Part shown: positions 1-10,732 of the stretch, piece by piece | Position numbering within the stretch: the first letter of the stretch is position 1 | Layout of the letters: every line of letters begins with the position of its first letter | Source: Anaeramoeba ignava BMAN | Taxonomy: Eukaryota; Protista; Anaeramoebae | Assembly (NCBI GenBank): GCA_028826165.1 | Contig: JAPDFW010000103.1 | Span: forward strand, 124,001 to 188,000 | DNA length: 64,000 bases | Direction: 5' to 3' | Notes under the pieces: generated by a model | Told to the model about the DNA's origin: nothing | What the model saw: only the letters and a program-made list of their open reading frames with translations | The model's database searches: none | Translations under genes and position numbers: made by a program

Positions 1-9
1 TTTTGTTTT

Positions 10-3000
10 TTAAACTAATTTTTTAAGAGAATCTTTAAGATGATCTTTTGGTGTTTTTCCATCTCTTTCATCTTTCAAATTAAAATCAACTTTGGCTTCT
101 TTCAATAAATTAATCATTTCTTCTGTTATTGAAGGATTCTTGCAAAGTAAATGTAATAATGAAGTCTAAAATAAGGTTATAAAAAATTTTTTATTATTTG
201 AATTGAATTGAATTAAAAATTTTATCATTTTACTGCCTATTTTTTAATCCAAGTTAAAAGAAAAAATTTAATATAAAGTTTGTTTTGATTTGATTTTTGG
301 ATTACTTTCTAATAAATCCAAAATTTATTTAAGAAAAAATAATTTGGAATTTTTTATTAATTTATTTACATCCTATTTCATAAATTATTTAATATTTCAT
401 TAATTAATTCCCAAAAAAAATTTATAAATAATTACTTCCTGTTTATCATTTTCCAAAAAAAAAAAATAATTCCAAATTTTAATCAATGAAAATGGAATAA
501 TTTTACTTTCTATCAAAAAGAAAATATTTAGAAAGAAAACTTTTAAAAAAGAGAAAAAAATAAATCTTATTTACTCCCTAATAAATAAAATTAATCATTT
601 AAATTGGAAAAAAAAAAAGTAAAATATTTTTCAAATTGTTTACAGTCTATTAATTTATTTAGATAAATTCCATCAATAAAAAAAAGATTTTGGAATTATT
701 TAAAATTTTTTTTTTACTTTTTGTAAATTTAAATCAATTTCTTTTTCAATTAAAATTCTAATAATATCTGTTGTGATTGATTTATTTTTGCATAAACAAT
801 GAAGTGGAGACCACTAAATAATGTAAAAAAAAAACAAAGGAAAAAAAGAATTTGGATTATTCCTTTTTTGTGATTATTTCTCTCTTTTTTTTACATGCTA
901 TTTTTCAAATTTACTAAATCAAAACCATTTTGATTTGAAAAGAATTCATTGAAATTTTTTACAATCTGTTTAAACATTATGAGATTTTTCACAATTCTTT
1001 TCAAATAATAGAATAAATTTACCATCTATTTTGATTTCAAAGTGAGAAAAAAAAGTTTATTCTTGTATCTTCAAATTTCGGATATATTTTTTTTTAATTC
1101 ATTATCATATTTACTGTCTGTTTTGATTTGGATTTTAAATTTAAAAAAAAAACTATTTTGTTTTTTGTTTAATAGAAATGGAAAAATTACACACTATAAA
1201 TTTGATTATTTAATTTAGATCTCGAAAATGAAAATCAAAAATGTATTTACAGCCTATTTCAAATTATGTGTATTTCTTTAACAATAAACAAAAAAATTCA
1301 GAAATTTAATTTACTCTCTTTTCATCAACAAAAAATTACTAAATTTCTTTCTCTTTTTTCCAGAAATTTATTATTTACTTCCTATTTAAAAAAAATGTAA
1401 ACAAAATTAGAAATTTTTCTAAATTAAATTGATTCATTTTCCTTACAAGCTATAATTTTGAAACAACAAAGAAGAAGAAGAAGAAGAAGAAATTGTTTAT
1501 TCAATTTTGATTTATCAAATTTTATAATAATTTACTCTCTATTTTGATTTTAAATGATAAAATTATCATTTTGTTTTATGAATTTTGATGTTTTTTTTTT
1601 GTTGATTTAGAAAGTTTACATATTGAATATGGAAATCAGCTCCTTTATCAAATAATAATTGAACCATATCTTTAGTAATTGATGTATTTTCACATAAATC
1701 ATGTAAAGGTGTCCACTTTTTGTTTTTTGTTTTAAAAAAAAATAAATAAAAATAGATTCATTTTTAATTATATATTATTTACATCCTAAATTAAAACAAA
1801 ATTTATAATCAATATATTAAAAAAGAGAAAACAGGAAGAGAAATGTTTTTGTTTTTACAAACTTTTATTGTAAAATTTTTATTATTAAAACTTGAAATCT
1901 TCCTAGATAATATTTTTTTTAGGAAAAACAAAATTATTTACAAACTAATTCAAGAAAAATAAAATTTTCTAAATCTTTATCAATTTTTCTTTGATATCTT
2001 TACATTCTATTCCAATATTTCAATTAAAATAAAAAACGAAAAAAAAACAAAAATGAATATTTTACTTCCTATATTTATTTACAAATAAAAAATCAATAAT
2101 TTTTGTGGAAAATAATAAGCTTTAAATTGATATTAACCATCTATTTTTTTAATAATAATAAATTTTAAAAATTCTCTTTTTTTTAGAATTGACAATTTTC
2201 TCTTGTTTTTACTCTCTTGAATTTAAAAATTTTTCAATAAAAAATAGATTGATGTTTTTTGTTAGGAATTTTTATACTGGCTAAAAATTTAGGAAAGGAA
2301 GTTTTAGTTATATTTTTTTCTAAGAAAAAATGAAAATGAAAATGAAAATTATTTACTTCCTATTTAATTTCGAGAGAAAAATGAGAATAAATCTAATTTT
2401 AAAATGATATTAATATGTTTACCCACTAAATCCAAATAAAATTAAATATTTACTATTATTTGATTTTTATGTTTATTTTACATGCTATGATTTAATGATT
2501 TAACCATTTAAAAAATAAAAAATTGATCCACATTTTCAAAATTAAATTTAACTTACAGCCTGATTTATATATATTTATTATTTAGATTAAATTTATAAAT
2601 TTGTTATATTTTTTTTTTTGATAATGTTTACTCTCTATTATTTTTTTTTATAATATTTAAATCATTTTTTTTCTTTCAACAAAATCAATCAAAACTTACT
2701 CCATCCAATTTAAAATTTGCTCCATTATCAACCAATAATTTAATCACATCAAATGTAATTGATTGATTTCTACATAAATAATGAACTGGTGACCACTTTT
2801 TGAAAATGAATGTTTTGATGAAATGATAATATTTAAATAAATTTTCGAAATTTAACTTCCTTTTTCTTTTTTAATAAAAAAAAATGGATCACTTTCTAAA
2901 TTTTAAATTTAATTTTCAATTTAAATTTAATTGTGCTTTTTTTTTTCTTGGATTAAATATATAAATATTAATTTTACATACTATTTCCAAAGAACAAAAT

Positions 3001-3669
3001 TTTTAAGGAAAACAAAATAAACCTTTTTTATAAATTCTTTTTTTACATTCTAATCAAAAAAAAAATTTTTATTATTAATATTATTATTAAATTCCTGTTT
3101 AATTTATGTATAATTTTTTACATTTTGTTGATTCCAATCAACTCCTTCTTTAATAAAATGATTAAAAAGATCCATATCAATTGGTTTGATTGTTGCGAAA
3201 TGATGTAATAAAGTTCCTCCCTAATTTAGATTGATTTTTAAAATCTGGGAATTGATTTATCTTTTGGAAATTAAAAATTCAAACCTCATTATTCTTCTAA
3301 AAGGAATAATTTTTTAAAAAAGAAAAAATAATAATAAAGAATGAAAAATTTTGAAAAAATACTAAATATAAAAGGTAAAAGAAATTACTGTATCTGATTT
3401 TTCAAATAACTCTTCTAAAATTTTTAATTTCTCTTCAAGAGTTTTAGCTTCATTAATTTGGGGTTGTTGAATTTCAATAGCTAATTTAAAAGAAATTTCA
3501 AAAAAAAATGATTTTAAATTAATAAAAAAAATTCACTATTCAAATAATTTTCTTTTTAGTTTTGTTTTTTTCACTTGAATCAATTATAATATTTTGATTA
3601 TTTTCTTGATTTTCTTGATTTTTCTTGATTATTTTCTTGATTATTTTGATTTGATTGTTTTTGACCCAT
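10..3669 (-). CDS. Ankyrin-repeat protein A (5 ANK repeats, predicted N-myristoylated MGQKQS start) with microexon arrays between repeats
   Basis: Minus-strand exons read manually: ATG 3669 (MGQKQSNQN..., probable homopolymer frameshift in exon 1); 3480-3389; 12-nt exon 3296-3285 (KNNE); 3220-3122 [33 protein letters not shown]; 2795-2700 [32 protein letters not shown]; 1715-1620 [32 protein letters not shown]; 813-718 [32 protein letters not shown]; 165-10 [51 protein letters not shown]. Internal exons are bounded by AG/GT and carry TPLH/GAD-type ankyrin motifs. Confidence 0.85.
234..646 (-). other. Gene A microexon array 4: seven 3-nt exons (ACT GGA AAA GAA GAT AAA GCA = T G K E D K A)
   Basis: YAG|NNN|GTAA on minus strand at 646-644, 577-575, 509-507, 438-436, 372-370, 308-306, 236-234; spacers 61-71 nt. 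Confidence 0.8.
895..1538 (-). other. Gene A microexon array 3: ten 3-nt exons (R L E R A C T M I H)
   Basis: NAG|NNN|GTAA at 1538 AGA, 1449 CTT, 1381 GAA, 1317 AGA, 1253 GCT, 1193 TGT, 1117 ACA, 1025 ATG, 965 ATT, 897 CAT (first base on minus strand). Confidence 0.8.
1783..2634 (-). other. Gene A microexon array 2: thirteen 3-nt exons (R A H W E P R M E N F F D)
   Basis: NAG|NNN|GT at 2634 AGA, 2559 GCT, 2484 CAT, 2425 TGG, 2359 GAA, 2280 CCA, 2215 AGA, 2140 ATG, 2068 GAA, 2006 AAT, 1944 TTT, 1861 TTT, 1785 GAT; spacers 56-80 nt. Confidence 0.8.
2857..3049 (-). other. Gene A microexon array 1: three to four 3-nt exons (N Y K E)
   Basis: TAG|AAT|GTAA 3049, TAG|TAT|GTAA 2980, TAG|AAA|GTGA 2895, AAG|GAA|GTTAA 2859; the last two are only 33 nt apart. 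Confidence 0.65.
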
Positions 3670-3751
3670 TTTAAAAATTTAAAAAAAAATGAAAAAAATG
3701 ATTTTCTTTTCAAATTTTTTCAAATTTTTATTTAAATTTTTATTTAAATTT

Positions 3752-6700
3752 TTAAAATAATTTTTTCAAAGAATCTTCAAGTAAATCTTTTGGTGTTGTT
3801 CCTTGTGGACATTTTTGACCTCCAAGAAAAGATTCATAATCAATTTTTAAATTAAAATCTGCAAATGTTCCTTTCAATATATTAATCATTTCTTCTGTTA
3901 TTGAAGGATTCTTGCAAAGTAAATGCAATGGACTCCACTAAAAAAAGAATATATTTATATTTTTTTTGATATTTCAAATCAAAATTATAAAAAAAAATAT
4001 TTTGGAATTTACATACTTTTTTTTTTTAATCCAAAAAAAAAATATAATAAAAATAATTATTTTTTTTTGATAAGAATCATTTTAATTATCATTAAAATTT
4101 TTACTTTCTAATTTATTTAATATTTAAAATAAAATAAAACAGAACAATATTCTTTTTGCTTCCAAAATTTACATCCTATTTTATTTAAATTTTTAATTAG
4201 ATTTTTTAATTAAATTTCTTAATAATATTATTTACTCCCTGTTTTGTAATAAAAATTAAAAATTCCAATAAAAAAATCAAAATTAAAATCAAAATGAATT
4301 TACATCCTAATTAAATTTTTTTTTTGGAAAGGAAAAAAAAACAATAAGATTAGATAATGATTAAAATTCTTTTTTAATTTTTGAAGAAAGAAGAGAAAAT
4401 TTATTTACATACTAAATTAAATTAAATTAATGAAAATATTCATATCTTTATAATTTTTATTAATATAATTTTACTTCCTAATAAATTTATACATTTCCAA
4501 ATAAATATTTCTCTCTCTCTTTTTATTTTTTTACAATCTAATTAAGAAAATAAATAGAGAATTTTTTTTAAATTTGAAAAAGAAATACAAATATAAATAA
4601 TAATTTACTTTTTGCAGATTAAAATTAACTCCTTTATTAACCAATATTCTAATCATATCTGCTGTAATTGATTTATTTTTACATAAACAATGGAGTGGAG
4701 AATACTATAATAATAATCATAATAATAATAATAAAGTTTTTTTTTGTATCAAACAGATAAAAAGAAATAATTTTGATAATTTACATACTTTTTGTTTTTT
4801 GGAAAAAAAAATAATATGAAAAATTGATTAGAAATTAGAAAAAAGAAAATTGAAAAAGAAAAAAAGATTTAGATTTTACTCTCTATTGATTTATTCAAAA
4901 AAATTTACAAAGAAAATAATTTTGTTTAAATTAATTAATATTTTTTGGATCAAAATTTACTGCCTGTTTTATTTTTATGTGAGGAGATTTATTTGATTTT
5001 AATTTTTGAAAAATTTATTTACTTGCTTTTTGTTTTAATAAAAATAAAAATAATAAAAATAAAAATTGAATTAAAATTATTTTTAATTACAGGCTAATGG
5101 AGACAATGATATATATTTTTATTTAATAAATTAGTTTATTTATTTAATTTATTAAATTACCCACTATTTTAGATTAGAAAAATAGAAATATGAAAATAAT
5201 TTTGAATGGAGTAAAATTAATGATTTACGATCTATTTTATTATTTTGATTTTTTTTTTAGATTTTGAGAAAACATGAAAAAGAATTTTTGAATAAAATTA
5301 ATAATATTTACTGTCTAAAATTTTTAGATATTTATTTTATTTATTAAGTAATTAATTTTTCTTTTTAAAAATTAAATTAAATTAATCTACCCACTAAATA
5401 ACATTATTAAAATTAAGATTAAGATTAAGATTAAGATTAAAATTAAAATTTACTTTCTATTTAAAAAGGTAATAAAAAAAAATCGTTTTAATTTTCTTTT
5501 TTTTTTTTCTAATATTTTTTTTTACTTTTTGAATATGAAAATCTGCTCCATTATCAAGTAGTATTTGGATCATTTCTTTTGTAATTGATTCGTTTTCACA
5601 TAAATCATGTATAGGAGTATACTTCGTTTTTTTTTTTAAAAAAAAAGCAACAAATGAAAAATTAATCAAAAAAAATAGAATTTCATTTATATTTTTTTTT
5701 ACATCCTAAAATATTGTTTTTGAAATTGATTTTGTTTCAATGAAATCACCAAATAAAACAAAAATATTCTTACATACTATATCAAATTATTTTTATTCAT
5801 TTAAAATCTTCAATTTAATTATTATTAAAAAAAAAGGTTTATGGTTTACTCTCTAATTAGATTAAATTATGAAACAATATTTTTTGTTTTGTTAATTTTT
5901 TTTTCAAAAAAAGAAAGAAGAATTCATAAGATAATTACGTACTGTGTTTAATAATTTTTTTTTATAGATTAATCAAGAATTATTCTTATAAATTAAATTT
6001 TACATCCTAATTTCCAAATTTTTTTTTCCAAATTAAAAAATGAGGATAATCATTTTTTTAGATAAAAGAAGTATATTTTTTTTACATCCTAATTTTTTTA
6101 TAATAATTTAAATTTATAAACAGAAAAAAAAAGTACATTTAAAGTTAAGAACAGAAAAATGGTTTACAGTCTGTTTTTGTTTGCTTTTTTTATTTTTCTA
6201 AAACTAAAAAGAAAATTGACTTTTTTACTTTCTGTGTTATATTTATTTTTCACTTATAAATTAGATATTAAATTGTTATTTATTTATAAACTTGTTTACA
6301 GCCTAATTTTAATTCAAAAAAAAATGGAATTTATTTTAATAATAATAATAATAATTCAAATTATTTACATTCTATTGATAAATGAATATTTTATCATTTA
6401 TTTTTCAATAACAAAACAAAATAATCCTTTATATTAATATTTTACAGCCTGTTATTTTTCAATAATAAAAAATGATGTGAATTTTCAAAGCTAAAAAACA
6501 ACAACAACAACAAATTTTATATCAATATATTTTACATCCTAATAATATTTATGTATTCAAAATGAATTTTTAAATGAAAGATTATGATTTGCTTTTAAAA
6601 TGATTACTTTCTTTTATAATTATTATAAATAATAAGATTAAATATAAATTGTTTTTCAAGTGTTATTTGAAAAATAATCAATAAAATAGAACATACTCCA

Positions 6701-8809
6701 CTTAGTTTAAAATTAGCACCAATTTCAATTAATAATTTAATCATTTCAAATCTGATTGATTTGTTTCTACATAAATAATGGACTGGAGAGCACTTTTAAA
6801 ATGTTAAAAAAATATTTTTATAAACTAATCAACTTATATAAAATATGTAACAATTTTTCATTTACCTTTTTTATAATTTAAACAAAATTAATACAAAATT
6901 AATACAAGAAAAAAATGAAATTACATTCTAAAAACAACAAAAAAAAACAATATAAATATAAATAGGTAATTTATTTAATTAATTAATTAGGGAATTATTT
7001 ACAAACTATTTTAAAATTATTTTTTAAGAGGATAAATAATGAGAATCAAATTAAATTAAATCAAATTAAATCAAATTAAATCAAATTAAATTAAATCAAA
7101 TCAAATTATTTAAATTAAATTAAAATTAAATTAAATCAAATTAAAATTAAATTAAATCAAATCAATTATTTAAATTAAATCAAATTAAATTAAATCAAAT
7201 TAAATTAAATTACATCAAATTAAATTAAAATCAAATCAAATTAAATCAAATCAAATTAAATTAAATTAAATTAAATTAAATTAAATCAAATTAAATCAAA
7301 TTAAATCAAATTAAATGAAATTAAATTAAATTAAATTAAATCAAATCAAAATTAAATTAAATTAAATCAAATTAAATTAAATTAAATTAAATTAAATCAA
7401 ATCAAATTAAATCAAATTAAATTAAATTAAATTAAATCAAATCAAATTAAATTAAATTAAATCAAATTAAATTAAATCAAATTGAATTAAATTAAATCAA
7501 ATTAAATTAAATATTTCTCTTTTTTAAATTACATCCTAATAAATTTGGAATATTTTTTAATAAATAATAAAAAATTTAAAAAACCAATTTTTACATCTTG
7601 TTTATTCCATTGATTTTTCTTTTTCAAAAATATATGGAACAATTGGAAATCAATTGGTTCTTGTTTCGAAAAAAAATGGAGTAATGTATCCTTTTTTTAA
7701 ATAAAAAGGAATTTTTGAATTTTTGGATTTTTGGATTTGAAAGTAAAAATGAAAAACCTTTTTCGACTAATAAAAATAATGAAAGAATTAGAAAATTGAA
7801 AAATTTGTTAATCAAATTTGATATTTACAGTTTTTGATTTTTGGTATTCCTCTTTTAATTTTGACATTCTTTCTTTTCTTTTTTTTTTTAAATTTTCTAA
7901 AAAAAAATATTATCAAAATTATTTAACTAATCAACTTGGTTAAAAATTAAAAATTAATCTTATTAAGTTTACTTTTCTTTGCTTTGATTTTTGTTTCAAT
8001 TTCTATTTGATTTTGATTGATTTCAATAAAATAAGAAGAATAAAAAGATAAAGGATATTAAATTTAAAAATTACCTTTTTGATTTAAACCTAAAACTTCT
8101 AAAGCTTCAATACCTTTGCTGTAAAGTTGTTTCTCTTGTTGAAATAAAATCATTGTTGAAATGATTGAATCAGATCCAAAATTTTGTTCAATTTGTTTTT
8201 TTATTTCTAATTTAATTTTCATTAACCAAAAAAAAAAAGCAAAAAAATTTTTTAATTTTAAATAAAATGGGATAATTAAGATTTTTACCATTTTCGTTTC
8301 CAATATTAATTATTGTTAAAAAAGATTGATATTGAAGAGGGTATTTGCGAGGAAAATTATTCATTGCTTTTAAAAGTAATTCAATTGCATTTGAAGTTAT
8401 GAGATCTAATGTATTTTCAACTATAATTTTAATTATTTGATGAGGAAAAAAAAAGAAACAAATTTTCTTTTCCTTTTTCTTTCTTTTTTTCGTTACTTTT
8501 TTTGGTTTCACTAAATTTTCTTAAAGCAAAACAAGAATTTTCTTGAATAAATTCATCTGTTGGAAAAGATTTCATAAATTCAAGAATCATTGGAATATCA
8601 ATTTGGATCGGTTCATTTATTTTTCCTTTAAATGTTTTTTTTTTGAATTTTAAAAAATTTCGATTAAAAAATACAATTTTAATTTCCAAATGAACCCCTT
8701 TTTTACCTTTATCTTTTTCTTCAATTAAATTGCGAAGCTTTTGTAAATAATTTTTTGTATTATTTGTTATTTGATTAGTTTCTAAATTGTCTTTTTCTTT
8801 ATCACTCAT
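3752..8809 (-). CDS. Ankyrin-repeat protein B (N-terminal ARM-like helical region plus 5 ANK repeats) with microexon arrays; paralog of gene A
   Basis: ORFs 8429-8809, 8212-8511 and 8064-8303 ([32 protein letters not shown]-like) lead via short exons, including a 9-nt exon 7766-7758 (SKK), to 96-nt exons 7690-7595 [32 protein letters not shown], 6792-6697 [32 protein letters not shown], 5621-5526 [32 protein letters not shown], 4704-4609 [32 protein letters not shown], and last exon 3937-3752 [61 protein letters not shown]. Confidence 0.85.
4013..4537 (-). other. Gene B microexon array 4: eight 3-nt exons (I E Y D G D K Y)
   Basis: NAG|NNN|GTAA at 4537 ATT, 4477 GAA, 4411 TAT, 4306 GAT, 4238 GGA, 4175 GAT, 4107 AAA, 4015 TAT. 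Confidence 0.8.
4785..5456 (-). other. Gene B microexon array 3: ten 3-nt exons (K W T I W P Q A R Y)
   Basis: NAG|NNN|GTA at 5456 AAA, 5393 TGG, 5314 ACA, 5231 ATC, 5163 TGG, 5093 CCT, 5025 CAA, 4963 GCA, 4882 AGA, 4787 TAT. Confidence 0.8.
5703..6610 (-). other. Gene B microexon array 2: thirteen 3-nt exons (K D A N A K T D D Y R Y D)
   Basis: NAG|NNN|GTAA at 6610 AAA, 6538 GAT, 6448 GCT, 6371 AAT, 6302 GCT, 6231 AAA, 6170 ACT, 6088 GAT, 6006 GAT, 5941 TAC, 5852 AGA, 5776 TAT, 5705 GAT. Confidence 0.8.
6925..7535 (-). other. Gene B microexon array 1: three 3-nt exons (D F N)
   Basis: TAG|GAT|GTAA 7535, TAG|TTT|GTAA 7005, TAG|AAT|GTAA 6927; including all three gives KQD-DFN-CSP, the canonical ankyrin hairpin length. 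Confidence 0.75.
7045..7510. repeat. (AAATT/AAATC)n simple repeat expanded inside one microexon-array intron
   Basis: Tandem 5-mers directly visible; they inflate one spacer to about 527 nt. Confidence 0.9.
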
Positions 8810-9029
8810 TCTTTTTTTTCTGAATAATTTAATAACAAAAAAATTTTTTTTTCTATTATGAAAATATTTTATTTAATTAATTTAGAGTTAAATTTCGATT
8901 TTTGATTGCGATTTTCTGTTTAAATTAGGATTTACTTTTAAATGGAAAAAAAAATGAAAAATAAAAATTTTTTTTTCAAAATAAATTAATTTAAGATTTG
9001 TTAATCATTTACTTTTATTCCAAATTTTA

Positions 9030-10200
9030 TTAAAATTATTATTCAATTGATTATTAAATTATTATTCCAATTTTCATTCCAATTTTCATTCCAATTTTAA
9101 TTCCAATTTTAATTCCAATTTTTTTTTTGATTTATTTAAATTAAATTTATTATTAAATTAATTATTAAATTGATTATTAAATTTATTATTAAATTGATTA
9201 TTAAATTAATTATTAAATTGATTATTAAATTGATTATTAAATTGATTATTAAATTTTAATTCCAATTTTAATTCCAATTTTAATTCCACTTTTTGATTTA
9301 TTTAAATTAAATTTATTATTAAAATTGATTATTAAATTGATTATTAAATTGATTATTAAATTGATTATTAAATTGATTATTAAATTAATTATTAAATTAA
9401 TTATTAAATTGATTATTAAATTTTAATTCCAATTTTAATTCCAATTTTAATTCCACTTTTTGATTTATTTATATTAAAATTTATTAAATTAAATTGATTA
9501 TTAAATTGATTATTCAATTGATTATTAAAATTATTATTAAATTGATTATTAAATTTTAATTCCAATTTTAATTCCAATTTTAATTCCACTTTTTGATTTA
9601 TTTAAATTAAATTTATTATTAAATTGATTATTAAATTGATTATTAAATTTATTATTAAATTGATTATTAAATTTATTATTAAATTAATTATTAAATTAAT
9701 TATTAAAATTATTATTAAATTGATTATTAAATTTTAATTCCAATTTTCATTCCAATTTTAATTCCACTTTTTGATTTATTTATATTAAATTTATTATTAA
9801 ATTAATTATTAAAATTATTATTAAATTGATTATTAAATTGATTATTAAATTAATTATTAAAATTATTATTAAATTGATTATTAAATTTATTATTAAATTA
9901 ATTATTAAATTTATTATTAAATTTTAATTCCAATTTTAATTCCACTTTTTGATTTATTTAAATTAAATTGATTATTAAATTGATTATTAAATTGATTATT
10001 AAATTTATTATTAAATTGATTATTAAATTTATTATTAAATTGATTATTAAATTAATTATTAAAATTTTTGATCAAATTTTTGATCAAATTTTTATTAAAT
10101 TGATTATTAAATTTATTATTAAATTGATTAAAAAAATAATTGTTAAATTGATTATAGTATTAATTATTAAATTTATTATTAAATTAAATGATAAATTTTT
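9030..10200. repeat. Intergenic minisatellite (ATTATTAAATTG)n interspersed with (ATTCCAATTTTA)2-4 blocks
   Basis: Directly visible higher-order repeat between divergent genes; produces the spurious ORF 9968-10219. Confidence 0.9.
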
Positions 10201-10732
10201 TGATGAGTTGTTTAATTAAAAAAGGAGAAAAAATATTTTTTTTTCGCATTTTTGGATTTATTTATTTATTTTTAATTAAACAAGATCAAGATCAATTAAA
10301 AATTAAAATTAAATTAAAAATAAAACCCTTTTCTCTTTTTTTAAAAAATTAATAAAAATTAATAAAAAAGAATAAAAAAGAATAAAAAGAATTTGTTATT
10401 TAATTTTGATTATTAAGAAAAAAATTTTTTTGCTTTTTTTTATTTATTTAAAATAATAATAATAACTTTCTTTCAAATTAAAATTAAAAAAAATTAAATT
10501 AAAAAAAATTAAAAATAAATTAATTAAAAGGGATTTAAAAGAAAAATTAAATTGAGATGGTAAAAAAAACGAATAAGAAGAGATAAAGAAGAGAAATAAA
10601 AATTTAAAACAAAAAACAAAACAAAAAAAAATTTTTTTTCTTTTTTCTTTTTAATTTTTAATTTATTTTTTTTAATTAAGTTTTCTTTTGTTGTTTTTAA
10701 AATTTAAAAATTTCATTTTTCACTTTTGAAAA

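Noticed and set aside
1898-1905. TAG|GAA|GA possible degenerate microexon
   Set aside because: No GT donor and it would create introns of about 39 nt, below the usual range.
3089-3097. CAG|GAA|TT possible degenerate microexon
   Set aside because: No GT donor and only 27 nt from the upstream donor; likely chance.
3923-6437. Plus-strand ORFs 3923-4111 and 6159-6437
   Set aside because: Low-complexity F/I/K sequences antisense to the microexon introns.
166-7594. CRISPR-like look of a short recurring motif with unique spacers
   Set aside because: The recurring element is only about 10 nt with a variable 3-nt core, equals splice acceptor plus donor on the minus strand, lies within eukaryotic genes, and no cas genes are present.
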